Assembly: GCA_031409275.1 (NCBI GenBank)
Contig: JANNXA010000047.1
Span: 1-64,000, forward strand
Length of the DNA: 64,000 nucleotides
From: Planctomycetota bacterium
GTDB taxonomy: Bacteria > Planctomycetota > B15-G4 > SIAN01
Direction of reading: 5' to 3'
Shown: in pieces, positions 8,328-17,640 of the stretch
How positions within the stretch are numbered: the stretch's first letter is position 1
Layout: each line of letters begins with the position of its first letter
The notes under the pieces: generated by a model
Told to the model about the DNA's origin: nothing
The model's input: the letters and a program-made list of their open reading frames with translations, nothing else
The model's database searches: none
Made by a program: the position numbers and the translations under genes

Positions 8328-9481
8328 CGCCGTCTCCACGACACGACCTGCACGCCGCTCGACAGCTGCGTGTTGATCAGCGCGATCGCCTCCGAGCTGT
8401 AGGTCAGCTGAACCGAGCCGTTGATGGTGACGTCGTTGCCGGCGACCGCGCCCAGCGTGAACAGCGCCCCGCGTACGTTCTTGCCGCCGCCGCCGCCGTT
8501 GAAGCGGACCGCGCCGCTCACGTAGACGAGCCCGGCGTAGTCGAACGTGCCGTTGAAGTCGATGTCGCCGTCCACGATCAGGACGCCGCAGCCGCTGGTG
8601 TTGCCGTTCAGCTTGAGGTTGCCCTTGGCGTAGGTGACCACCGGAATCTCGGCATCGAGGTCACCAAGATCGCCGGAGAAGGAGTCGTCCGGGCCGTTGA
8701 ACACGATCGTCGCCAGCTGCTTCAGCGCATTCATCGTCCCCTGCAGGTCGATGTCGGAGACGGTCGCGACGCTCGGGTTGCTGCCGAGACCGATGACCTT
8801 GTTCTTCTGGTTGCTCTTCAGCTGCGACTTGATGCCGGCCGGGTTGCCGACCGTCCCGATGCCAGGAAGCGCAGGATTCGGTCCGGCGCTGCCATCGAGG
8901 TTGGTGTCGTTGCCGTTGATGAGGAACGCGGTGCCCGAGAACTTGAACGAGGCGTTGGCGTCGTCGACGTAGACCGCCTGATTGGCCGCGAGGTCGAGTT
9001 CGGTGCGCTGCAGGATCACCTCGGTGGTGCTGCTGGCGTGGCGCGTGCGACGATCGAGGAGCAGCCCGTTGCCGTCGAGGAGCTCATTGGCGCGTCCGAT
9101 CGAGAGCACGGACAGGTAGCCGTGCTCGTCCGCCTCGTCGACCGTGCCGTCGTCGTCGTCGTCGCCGCCGTTGTCACCCCAGTCGACCACCGTCACGTCG
9201 GCGATCGGCCCGCTGAGGTCGACTTGCCAGCTGCCGGTGGTGTTCGGATCGACCGAGAGGCGCGCCAGCGCATCCTCCGCGCCCGAGGTCGACGCATCGC
9301 GCGCCTGCGCGGCGACGATCGACTGCTCGGTCGCGGTGCGCTCCTGTGCCACCGATACCAGCAGCGAACCGCCGGCGACGATCAGCGTGGTGGTGGCGCC
9401 GAGCGCCAGCAGCAGCGCGTTGGCGCGCTGCGAACGGCGCCGATGCTGCGCGCGCAAAACGGGGTGATGACGGGTTCCCAT
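8324..9481 (-). CDS. PilX-like minor pilin-associated protein, copy 1
   Basis: QRANALLLALGATTTLIVAGG N-terminus, AARDA-like QARDASTSGAEDALARL, a DDDDDGTVDE Ca-binding-like loop and a C-terminal beta-solenoid-like GVLIVDGD. RBS gaggag. Confidence 0.75.
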   Translation of the reverse strand: MGTRHHPVLRAQHRRRSQRANALLLALGATTTLIVAGGSLLVSVAQERTATEQSIVAAQARDASTSGAEDALARLSVDPNTTGSWQVDLSGPIADVTVVDWGDNGGDDDDDGTVDEADEHGYLSVLSIGRANELLDGNGLLLDRRTRHASSTTEVILQRTELDLAANQAVYVDDANASFKFSGTAFLINGNDTNLDGSAGPNPALPGIGTVGNPAGIKSQLKSNQKNKVIGLGSNPSVATVSDIDLQGTMNALKQLATIVFNGPDDSFSGDLGDLDAEIPVVTYAKGNLKLNGNTSGCGVLIVDGDIDFNGTFDYAGLVYVSGAVRFNGGGGGKNVRGALFTLGAVAGNDVTINGSVQLTYSSEAIALINTQLSSGVQVVSWRRR

Positions 9482-9492
9482 GACGCGACTCC

Positions 9493-10044
9493 TCACGGCA
9501 CCCGAAGCACGACGTCGATGGCGCTGGTGGTCACGTCCTCGCCGTGGTGGCCGTAGGTGATGGTGGCGGTGAGCTTCGCGCCCGCGCGCCGGAAGATGAC
9601 GCTGCGCACGTCGGCCAGCAGGGATGCCGACTGATTCGCGTGGTCGAGCACGAGCGATCCGTTGCCAACCGCGTCGACCGTGCGCCGCAGCTTGAAGGCG
9701 GCCGCACCGATGGGCGGCTCGTAGCCGAGCGCCCCGTTGACGAAGCCGACGACGCGACGGAAGCGCAGCTCTTGGTAATCGACATCGTCCTGCATCGGCT
9801 CGGCCATCACGGCCTGTCCGACGGGGATGCCTTCGAGTTCCGCCTGGCTCGCCGATAGCAGCAGCTCGCGCAGCTGCACCGCGGTGCGCCGCTCGGCGCC
9901 CGCCTCAGCGTCGCGCTCGCTGATGTCGGTGGTCGCGAGCAGCGCCATGCGCGACGAGGAAGCCGCTGCGAAGACGAGCAGCGACAGGATCGACGTCGAG
10001 ATCGAGATCTCGAGCAGCGACATGCCGCGGAGGCGTCGGTCCAT
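9493..10044 (-). CDS. Prepilin-type (PilW/PulJ-like) protein, copy 1
   Basis: RGMSLLEISIS class III signal (G|xxxxE) followed by a hydrophobic helix. Confidence 0.78.
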   Translation of the reverse strand: MDRRLRGMSLLEISISTSILSLLVFAAASSSRMALLATTDISERDAEAGAERRTAVQLRELLLSASQAELEGIPVGQAVMAEPMQDDVDYQELRFRRVVGFVNGALGYEPPIGAAAFKLRRTVDAVGNGSLVLDHANQSASLLADVRSVIFRRAGAKLTATITYGHHGEDVTTSAIDVVLRVP

Positions 10045-10047
10045 GGA

Positions 10048-10527
10048 TCAGCCTCCCAGGCGCGAACGGCGCAGCCGTCGCACCATGGTCTGCGGGCCGC
10101 TCAGCCCTTGCCATGTCAGTGCCACGGCCACCTCGACGAGCTCGCCGGCATTGCCGGTCGGAGCGGTGACCGCGATGGCTCCGGTGGCCGACTCAGCGAC
10201 GGTGCCGCCCTCCGTCGAACCGCTGGAATCGCCGCTGTTGCTCCACGGGGCCGCCGCCGGGTCGACGACGAACGTCTGGCCATCCAGAGCGGCGAGGCCC
10301 GCAAAGTCTGTGCTTTCGATCGTCGCGAGCTGCGCGTCGAGGCTGCGCAGCGCAGCGTTCTTCTGCTGGCCCGACTGGTGGAGGCGTGCGCTCGTGGCGG
10401 CGACGTTGGTGAGGCTGGAGACGCCGACTGCGAGGATCGCGGAGGCCACCACCGTCTCGAGGAGCGAGAGGCCGCGGCAACGAGCGCGATGGCGAAGGCG
10501 GCGGCGCGGGTCGGTGAGAGGTTTCAT
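10048..10527 (-). CDS. Prepilin-type (PilV-like) protein, copy 1
   Basis: RGLSLLETVVASAILAVG class III signal, C-terminal VEVAVALTWQG, RBS tggag before ATG 10527. Confidence 0.78.
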   Translation of the reverse strand: MKPLTDPRRRLRHRARCRGLSLLETVVASAILAVGVSSLTNVAATSARLHQSGQQKNAALRSLDAQLATIESTDFAGLAALDGQTFVVDPAAAPWSNSGDSSGSTEGGTVAESATGAIAVTAPTGNAGELVEVAVALTWQGLSGPQTMVRRLRRSRLGG

Positions 10528-10679
10528 CGCGGGCTCCAGTCGGTCAGTGACCCCGCCCACTCTGGCGGCGCCGCTTCCCTCCATCGTCAGCCGCACGCGT
10601 CCCTTGAGCGCGAGTCGCGATCCGCTCGAGCAACGGAACGCATTGCCGGCCGAGTGGCGCCCTCCGCGAGACGACCCGG

Positions 10680-11813
10680 CTATCTCTGCTGCCAGCTGAC
10701 GATCGAGTAGCGGTCGGCGAGTTGGGTGCTGACCAGGCCGATCGCTTCCGAGCTGTAGCGCAGGTCGACGGCGCCATCGATCTCGACGTCGTCACCGCCC
10801 GCCATCGCGCCCAACGTGTAGATCGCGCCGCGCAACCGCATCGCGCCGGCACCATGGAAGCGCACCGCGCCGGCGACGTAGATCAGCCCGGCGTAGTCGA
10901 AATCGGCGTCGATCCGCAGGTCGCCGTCGACGAGCAGCACGCCGCAGCCGGTGGTGGCGCCGTCGATCTCGAGGTTGCCCGACGCGTGCGCCACCACGGC
11001 GACCTGGCAGGCGAGGTCGCCGATCGCGCCGGAGTGGTGCTCGTCGGCGCCGTTCCACTGCAGCGTGGCCGCGGTGGCGAGCGTGCTCATCGTGCCGGCG
11101 AGGTCGATGTCAGCGACGGTTCCGACGCTGCCGCAGCCGCCGATGCCGATCACTTGCGCGAGCTGGCTCGGATCGAGCTGCGCGAGGATCGCGGCCGGAT
11201 CGCCGACGGTGCCGATGCCCGGCAGCGCAACGCCCGGCCCCGCGCCGTCGTCGAGATTGGTGTCGATGCCCGACAGCAGGAAGCTCGCGCCGTCGAAGTC
11301 GAATGCGGCGGCGGCATCGTCGACGTAGAGCGCCTGCTGCGCGGCGAGATCGAGCGAGTAGCGCTGCACCACGACCTCCGTGCGGTGGAGGGCGCGCCGC
11401 GTCGGCAGTTCGAGGGCCAGCCCGCCGGATCCGGCCACGACGTTCGCGCTGCCGATCGAGACGATGGCGCGATAGTCGGCCTCGTCCGCTTCGTCGACGG
11501 CACCATCCTCGTCGTTGTCGAGCAGATCGTCACCCCACCAGGAGATGGTGACGTCGGCCCGCGGCCCGCCCATCGCCAGCGGATAGCTGCCCGAGTAGTC
11601 AGGATCGACGTCGAGCAGCGCGAGCGCATCCTCGACGCCCGAGACCGACGCGTCGCGCGCCTGCGCATTCACGACCGATTGCTCGGTGGCGATGCGCTCC
11701 TGCGTGACCGCCACCAGCAAGGTGCCGCCCGCGATGACCAACGTGGTCGTCGACCCGAGCGCCAGCACCAGCGCGTTGCCGCGGGACGGCCGCAGCTTCA
11801 TCCGAGCATTCAT
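10680..11813 (-). CDS. PilX-like protein, copy 2
   Basis: Colinear paralog of 8324-9481 (RGNALVLALGSTTTLVIAGG, DNDEDGAVDEADE, YSSEAI). Confidence 0.75.
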   Translation of the reverse strand: MNARMKLRPSRGNALVLALGSTTTLVIAGGTLLVAVTQERIATEQSVVNAQARDASVSGVEDALALLDVDPDYSGSYPLAMGGPRADVTISWWGDDLLDNDEDGAVDEADEADYRAIVSIGSANVVAGSGGLALELPTRRALHRTEVVVQRYSLDLAAQQALYVDDAAAAFDFDGASFLLSGIDTNLDDGAGPGVALPGIGTVGDPAAILAQLDPSQLAQVIGIGGCGSVGTVADIDLAGTMSTLATAATLQWNGADEHHSGAIGDLACQVAVVAHASGNLEIDGATTGCGVLLVDGDLRIDADFDYAGLIYVAGAVRFHGAGAMRLRGAIYTLGAMAGGDDVEIDGAVDLRYSSEAIGLVSTQLADRYSIVSWQQR

Positions 11814-11823
11814 CGCCATCTCC

Positions 11824-12413
11824 TCACGGAACCCGCAGCACGACATCGCGCGTCGCGCTCGCGGTCGCCGCCGACGCGCCACCGAACTCGAGGATCACGG
11901 AGAGTCGCGCACCGTCGCGGCGGAAGACCGCGCGTCGCACCGCCTCCTGCAGCGTGCGGGCGCGACCGCTCGCCACGAGTTCGAGCGAGCCGCGGCCGAC
12001 GCGATCGACGGCGTGCTGGATCACGACCGGCGCACTGGTCAGCGGCGGCTCGAACGCCGGCGCTCCGCCGGTGAATCCGACGATGCGGCGGAGCGCAGGT
12101 CGCGATAGTCGACGCCCTCCTGCAGCGGTTCGGGCGTGACGCCTTGTCCGACCGGCACTCCTTCGAGCGTGCTCCGGCTCGCCGAAACCAGCAGCAGTTC
12201 GAGTCGATCGAGGGCGTGACGGGCCGTCCCTTCCTCGGCGTCGTTCGCGACCACGTCGGCCGTCGCCGTCAGCGCCGTCTGCGACGCGGTCGAGGCGGCC
12301 AGCACCAGCACGGAGAGGATCGCCGTCGACACCGAGAGTTCGACGATGGTGAGGCCACGGCAGGCGCGCGTGCCGCGCCGCGCACGATGGGAAGCGCGAG
12401 CGAAGAGGCTCAT
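11824..12413 (-). pseudogene. PilW-like protein, copy 2, with a 1-nt frameshift near 12092
   Basis: RGLTIVELSVS signal. Restoring one T (cgc tc cgc to cgc ttc cgc) gives DYRDLRFRRIVGFTGGAPAFEPP, matching paralog DYQELRFRRVVGFVNGALGYEPP and ending DVVLRVP. Confidence 0.8.
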
Positions 12414-12874
12414 GGTCCGCTCCCCGATCGCGACCGGCGCACGCGACGGGCGAGGCTGTGGACGCCGCTCGCGCCTTGCCAGGTGACCGACACCGCCAGC
12501 TCGAGCAGCCGTTCCGGCGCGCCCGTCGGCGCCGTGACGGCGATCTCGCCGGCCTGCAGGTCGAGGTCCGTTGCTGGCGGTCGCAGCAGCAGGCCGTGGC
12601 CTTCGGTCGCCGAACCCACCACGAAATCGTGACCGTCGAGGGCCGCGAGCGCGTCGAAGTCGGTGCTCTCCACCGCCGCGATCTGCGTGGAAAGCGCGGT
12701 GAGCGCCACGGCCTTCTCGCGCCCCGACTGCTGCAAGCGCGCGCTGGCGCCGACGAGGCTGGTGAGGCTCGCGATGCCGACGGCGAGGAGCGACGAAGCG
12801 ATCAACGTCTCGACGATGGTCAGGCCACGCATCGCGCGCTGTGGCCGCGTTCCTCGAACGGCTGGAGAGACCAT
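12410..12874 (-). CDS. Prepilin-type (PilV-like) protein, copy 2
   Basis: RGLTIVETLIASSLLAVG signal; shares ESTDF and VTAPTG with 10048-10527. Confidence 0.78.
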   Translation of the reverse strand: MVSPAVRGTRPQRAMRGLTIVETLIASSLLAVGIASLTSLVGASARLQQSGREKAVALTALSTQIAAVESTDFDALAALDGHDFVVGSATEGHGLLLRPPATDLDLQAGEIAVTAPTGAPERLLELAVSVTWQGASGVHSLARRVRRSRSGSGP

Positions 12875-13050
12875 GCTTTCCGATCGTGCCCGGCCGGCTC
12901 GTGCCGCGCAGAGCGTTCCCGCCAGCTCCATCGATCGCCCAAGGAGGTCGTCGACCGAAGCGCGAAATCGCGGCCGGCGGCGCAACGGGCGATACCGAAG
13001 GAAAGCGCTTCCGCCCGCGTCGGTGCCATCGCCGCTACCATCCCTCGACC

Positions 13051-14031
13051 ATGCGAACGCACACGCTCGGAGACATGACGCTCACGCTGGCGGAACCGGT
13101 GCAGGATCCGGTCCGCTGGATCGGCCAGGAGGAGCTCCTCGAGCAGATCCTCGCCTGCTGGACGCGCGTGACGAAGAGCGACCTGCCGCTCACCCCGCGC
13201 CTGATCGGCAAGCCCGGCATGGGCAAGACGACGCTCGCGCAGGCGGCGGCGCAGCGGCTCGGTCGTCCGGTCTTCATCTATCAGTGCACGACCGACACGC
13301 GGCCGGAGGACCTGCTGGTCACGCCGGTGCTGTCGGGCGCCGGGAAGATCAGCTACCACGCCTCGCCGCTCGTCTCCGCGATGCTGGACGGCGGCGTCGC
13401 GATCCTCGATGAGGCCAATCGCATGCCGGAGAAGTCGTGGGCGTCGCTCGCGCCGCTGCTCGACCACCGGCGCTACGTCGAGTCGATCGTGGCGGGCGTG
13501 CGCGTCCCGGCGCACGAGGACTTCCGCTGCTGCGTGACGATGAACGACGACGCCTCGACCTACGAAGTGCCCGAGTACATGGTCTCGCGCATCCAGCCGC
13601 TGATCTTCGTCGACTTCCCCGATCGCGACGAAGAGCTCCAGATCCTGCAATACAACGTCGACTTCGCGCCGGCCGACCTGCTGGAGCTCACGGTCAACTT
13701 CCTGCAGGAAGCGCATCGCCACAACCTCAACTACTCGACGCGCGACGGCATCAACGTCATGCGCTTCGCGCTCAAGCTGGCGCATGCGCGTGGCACCGCC
13801 ATTGACGCCGCGTTCCACCAGGCGGTGAAGCAGGTGCTGGGCGAAGGAGCGGAGAACTTCGAGGAGCGGGCCGCGGGCCTCTTCTTCCCGAAGGACCTGA
13901 AAGAACTCTCCGAGTTCATGACCAACGACGAAGACCTCGAAGACGACGATGATGACGACGACGACGAGGACGACGACGACAGCGAGCCCGGCGAGGAGAC
14001 GCCGCCCGCCGGAGGCGGCCGCAGCGGTTGA
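13051..14031 (+). CDS. MoxR/CbbQ-type AAA+ ATPase with an acidic tail
   Basis: Walker A GKPGMGKT, Walker B AILDEANR, VPAHEDFRCCVTMN, YSTRD and a poly-Asp C-terminus. Confidence 0.88.
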   Translation: MRTHTLGDMTLTLAEPVQDPVRWIGQEELLEQILACWTRVTKSDLPLTPRLIGKPGMGKTTLAQAAAQRLGRPVFIYQCTTDTRPEDLLVTPVLSGAGKISYHASPLVSAMLDGGVAILDEANRMPEKSWASLAPLLDHRRYVESIVAGVRVPAHEDFRCCVTMNDDASTYEVPEYMVSRIQPLIFVDFPDRDEELQILQYNVDFAPADLLELTVNFLQEAHRHNLNYSTRDGINVMRFALKLAHARGTAIDAAFHQAVKQVLGEGAENFEERAAGLFFPKDLKELSEFMTNDEDLEDDDDDDDDEDDDDSEPGEETPPAGGGRSG

Positions 14032-16085
14032 CCGCGATGGACCCTCTGCCACCGCCGCTGCGCTGGAAGAACGTCGAAGTGATCCCGCTCGTGCACGGAC
14101 GGGTCGCCTTCGCGGTGGCGACGCGCGAGCGGATGCTGGCCAAGCGTCACGCCGCTCTGGCGGTGGAGCTGCCGCCAAGCGTGCGCGCGGCGGTGCTGCA
14201 CGGCATCGAGCGACTGCCGCGCGTGCACGCCGCGGTCTATCGCGACTGGACGCGCTCGGAATTCGACGGCGCCGGCTGGAGCCCGGAACGCGAGGCGCGC
14301 GGCGATCGCGACGACGACGATGTCTCCGCCGCCACCGGGCTGCGCGCCTGGTACGTCCCCATCGATCCGTGCGACGCGATCATCGAAGCGCTGCGGATCG
14401 CCCGCGGAGAGCGAGTTCCGGCCCACTTCATCGACGCGGAGGTCGAGGACTTCGCCGGGCGCCGCTTCGTGATGCCCGACCCGCACGCGCTGCTCACGCT
14501 GGGCGTCGACGAGTTCTACGGCGCGGCGTTGTCGACCATCCGTCGCGAGCATCCGCCGACGCCCGAGGATCATCTGCGCGAGCGCCACCTCGCCGCGCGC
14601 CTCACCGCGCTGGCCGAAACGAACGCGGCACGCGGCGACGTGCTGTTCCTTTGCGGAATGGCCCATTGGGAGCGCATCCGCGAGCACCTCGTCGCTGGCA
14701 CCGGCGCGCTGCACGCGGGCAAGGGGCCGCCGGCCGACGAGGTGAAGCTGGTGCCGGTCCACCCGGCGTCGCTGTTCCACGTGCTGGGCGAGATGCCCTT
14801 CGTCACCTTCGCGTGGGAGCGCCACCGCAACTCGATCGACCTGCAGCGCCATGACCTGATCCTCGCCGTGAAGGAGCTGCTGCTCACGACGCGCGAGCTC
14901 TACGAGAAGGACGAGGGCAACGCGCTCGACAAGCCGACACCAACCACGCTGGTGACGCTGCTCGACTTCCTGCGCAAGCTCGTGGTCAGCCGCAATCGAC
15001 TCGCTCCCGACCTCTACTCGCTGGTGGTCGCGGCCAAGGGCGTCATCGGCAACGACTTCGCGCTGACGCTGCTGCAGGTGGCCGGCACCTATCCGCCCAA
15101 CGTCGTGGTGAAGCGCGGCAATCGCCAGAGCTCCACCGAGGACGATCCATTCGGGATGGACGGGCCAAGGAGCGGCACCGATGCCGGCGAAGCGGCGGGC
15201 GCCGGCGCGGGCGAACCGTTCGACACGCCGGGCCCCGGACTCCTGTTCGAGGCCACCGGCGAGCGCGCCAAGATCGGCGATTCGATCGCGCCGATCACTC
15301 CGCGCACGCCAGGTGATTGGCGGACGCTGAAGCGCGTGCGCCTCATCGACAAGCCGCCGAAGATCGACCGCGAGCTGTGGAAGTCGGTCTGGAACCCGCA
15401 TGCGAGCTGCTCGTGGCCGCCGGAGGATCTCGTCATCGAGAACCTGCGCGCCTACCTGTCGAGCCGCACGCTGTCGCTCGCGGGCATCGATCGCGTGCGG
15501 ACCGAGGAGTTCACCTCGTCGCTGAAGGATGGGCTGGCCATCCGCGAGACGCTGCGCGATCTGCCCACCGGCAAGATCCACGTGAAGATCGAGCCGCGCG
15601 TGCCCGGCAAGGTCGGCGCCGTGGTCGTCATCTTCGAGGAAGACGACGACGGCACGCGCTTCCCGCTGCGCATGACGTGGATGGCCGAGCATGCCCAGGA
15701 GTCGACGCTCGCCTTCTACGCGACGCACTACACCGCCGACCTCGTCGGGCCTGGCATCGGGCGTTGCCGCTACGGCGGCTGCATGTTCCTCTTCCCTCCC
15801 GTCGCGATCCCCGACGTGTGGGACGACCTGCGTTTCGAGAAGGCGCGCCGCCCTTCCGAGCGGTTGCTGCTCGCCGCGCTGTTCCACTCGAAGGATCGCT
15901 ACCTCGCCTACGTCGCAGCGCGTGCGCCATCACCCGAGATCGTGGCGACCGCCAAGCAGATGCGCCGCCACATCGTCCACCTGCCGCTCTCCACCTTCAG
16001 CACGCGCACGCTGGAGAAGATCCGCCGCTTCCACGTGCTGAACGGCCAGGACGTGCGCAGCTTCGCGGCGCGCTTCATCCGCTGA
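14028..16085 (+). CDS. Conserved hypothetical partner of the AAA+ ATPase
   Basis: 685 aa, overlapping the ATPase stop by 4 nt. Motifs PLVHG, LAVELP, RERHLA and VLFLCGMAHW (TraB/GumN-like pattern); later KDGLAIRETLR and VGAVVVIFEED. Confidence 0.8.
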   Translation: MTAMDPLPPPLRWKNVEVIPLVHGRVAFAVATRERMLAKRHAALAVELPPSVRAAVLHGIERLPRVHAAVYRDWTRSEFDGAGWSPEREARGDRDDDDVSAATGLRAWYVPIDPCDAIIEALRIARGERVPAHFIDAEVEDFAGRRFVMPDPHALLTLGVDEFYGAALSTIRREHPPTPEDHLRERHLAARLTALAETNAARGDVLFLCGMAHWERIREHLVAGTGALHAGKGPPADEVKLVPVHPASLFHVLGEMPFVTFAWERHRNSIDLQRHDLILAVKELLLTTRELYEKDEGNALDKPTPTTLVTLLDFLRKLVVSRNRLAPDLYSLVVAAKGVIGNDFALTLLQVAGTYPPNVVVKRGNRQSSTEDDPFGMDGPRSGTDAGEAAGAGAGEPFDTPGPGLLFEATGERAKIGDSIAPITPRTPGDWRTLKRVRLIDKPPKIDRELWKSVWNPHASCSWPPEDLVIENLRAYLSSRTLSLAGIDRVRTEEFTSSLKDGLAIRETLRDLPTGKIHVKIEPRVPGKVGAVVVIFEEDDDGTRFPLRMTWMAEHAQESTLAFYATHYTADLVGPGIGRCRYGGCMFLFPPVAIPDVWDDLRFEKARRPSERLLLAALFHSKDRYLAYVAARAPSPEIVATAKQMRRHIVHLPLSTFSTRTLEKIRRFHVLNGQDVRSFAARFIR

Positions 16086-16235
16086 ATCGAGTGCGGAGTC
16101 GACCGCCGTCTTTCCTTCGAGCGCCGCTCCTTGATCGGTCCGAGCTGCCAGCGCCCCCGTGCGGCCATTTCTCGTCGGCAGCACAGCGATCGGCGACGTC
16201 ACTCACGCCTCCCGTAGACGCCAGGAGTTCCCCGA

Positions 16236-17045
16236 ATGTCGATTCTCTTTCGATCGCGAACTTCGGCGACACGCGGCTGCCGACGCTTGCTGCCCCTCGG
16301 CGCTGCGATCGCGTTGCCCTGGTTCGCGCTCGTTGGCGCCACGCGACAGGCCGAACCCGACGATCGGACCGGTCAACCTTGGACGCGGGACGAAGCGCGA
16401 GCCCACGCGGAACGCTTCAACGACCCGGCGCTCTGGAACATGAAGTTCCTGGACGACGACGTGACTCACATGATCGAAAACAAGGACGAGCACGTGTCGC
16501 GGCCGTTCCCGTTCGATGCGTTCAACACGCCTGACTACGAGCGGACCGGCCGCGTGATGCCGGGCTTGTTGATCTCGCCGCTGCCGTTGGACGAGGATCT
16601 CGCGGGGATGGTCAGCGGCGTCCACCAGATGCTCGACCCCAAGGCTGTGCCCGCAGGAAAGAAGTGGCATGACGTCGTCGTGACCGAGCCCCTCCTGGCC
16701 ATCGTCGCGAGCGGGACCGAGGCGCTACGCATCGAATCAACTCAAGCCCTCTCGCGCAGCCATCCGCACGATCTGTTTCAGGGCTCCTTCACCAACGAGG
16801 TCGGCCAGATCCGATGGGTCGCGGTCCGCATGGCCGATGGGACGGAACTCGCCATCGTCAACGGCCGGGTACTCGACCTCGAACAGGGCAACCTCGTCCT
16901 GATCCGGCAGCGCGCCGACGGATCCACTCGCATTCACCAGCATCGGACACGCGTCGCGCCCGCGAGAGGCGAAGAGCTCCGAGCGTCGGTCCCGCGACTG
17001 TTGAGGCAGCCCGACCTTCAACGCATCCTCGCCACCGACGAGTAG
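16236..17045 (+). CDS. Hypothetical exported protein
   Basis: 269-aa ORF with RBS aggag and a hydrophobic N-terminal segment; no recognised motif. Confidence 0.6.
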   Translation: MSILFRSRTSATRGCRRLLPLGAAIALPWFALVGATRQAEPDDRTGQPWTRDEARAHAERFNDPALWNMKFLDDDVTHMIENKDEHVSRPFPFDAFNTPDYERTGRVMPGLLISPLPLDEDLAGMVSGVHQMLDPKAVPAGKKWHDVVVTEPLLAIVASGTEALRIESTQALSRSHPHDLFQGSFTNEVGQIRWVAVRMADGTELAIVNGRVLDLEQGNLVLIRQRADGSTRIHQHRTRVAPARGEELRASVPRLLRQPDLQRILATDE

Positions 17046-17393
17046 CTTCGCCCCCCCGCGGTCGGGTCGATCGAAGGGGGGCGGCGGCACAGAGCCCGAC
17101 GACGACGCAGTCGGTCCGGCGAGGTCGCCAAAGGTTGGCGCGCGGTCGCGTACGAGGTGTCGGACGCCGAGATCCGCCGCAGCGTGACGGTAAAAACGTG
17201 ACGGCGGTGACTGCACTGTCGCAGCCACCGCCGTCGAATTCACTTGTACTGGCCGCGAAGCCCTGCGGCCTCGCCTGCCTCATCGTCGAACGGGTGTGCC
17301 GTACGCCTCCTCGCCTCGGAAAAATGCATCGATGTCAGGCGATGGCGAGCCGATCACACCACTGCGCGTTCGTCGAATCGGCCCTGCGAATCA

Positions 17394-17640
17394 TCAGTCC
17401 TTGTCAGAGTCCTTGTTCGAGTCCTTGTCGGAGTCCTTGTTGGAGTCCTTGTCGCTGTCGGCGTTGGAGTCCTCGTCGGAGTCCTTGTCGCTGTCGGCGT
17501 TGGAATCCTTGTTGGAGTCCTTGTCGCTGTCAGCGTTGGAGTCCTCGTCCGAGTCCTTGTCGCTGTCAGCGTTGGAGTCCTCGTCCGAGTCGTTGTCGCT
17601 GTCCGCGCTCGAGTCGCTGTCCGAGTCGTCGTCTTCCGAG
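17394..17640 (-). repeat. Coding tandem repeat, 12-nt units nested in 36-nt units
   Basis: Plus-strand units gagtccttgtcg / gagtccttgttg / ctgtcggcgttg / gagtcctcgtcg. Confidence 0.9.

Noticed and set aside
12982..12997. Sigma-54 promoter upstream of pilin cassette 2 (CGGTATCGCCCGTTGC)
   Set aside because: GG-GC spacing is 11 rather than the required 10.
13925..13983. GAC-rich microsatellite as a contingency locus
   Set aside because: In-frame imperfect triplets encoding an acidic tail; length changes would not shift the frame.
17394..17640. CRISPR array
   Set aside because: Contiguous 12/36-nt coding repeats with no unique spacers and no cas genes.
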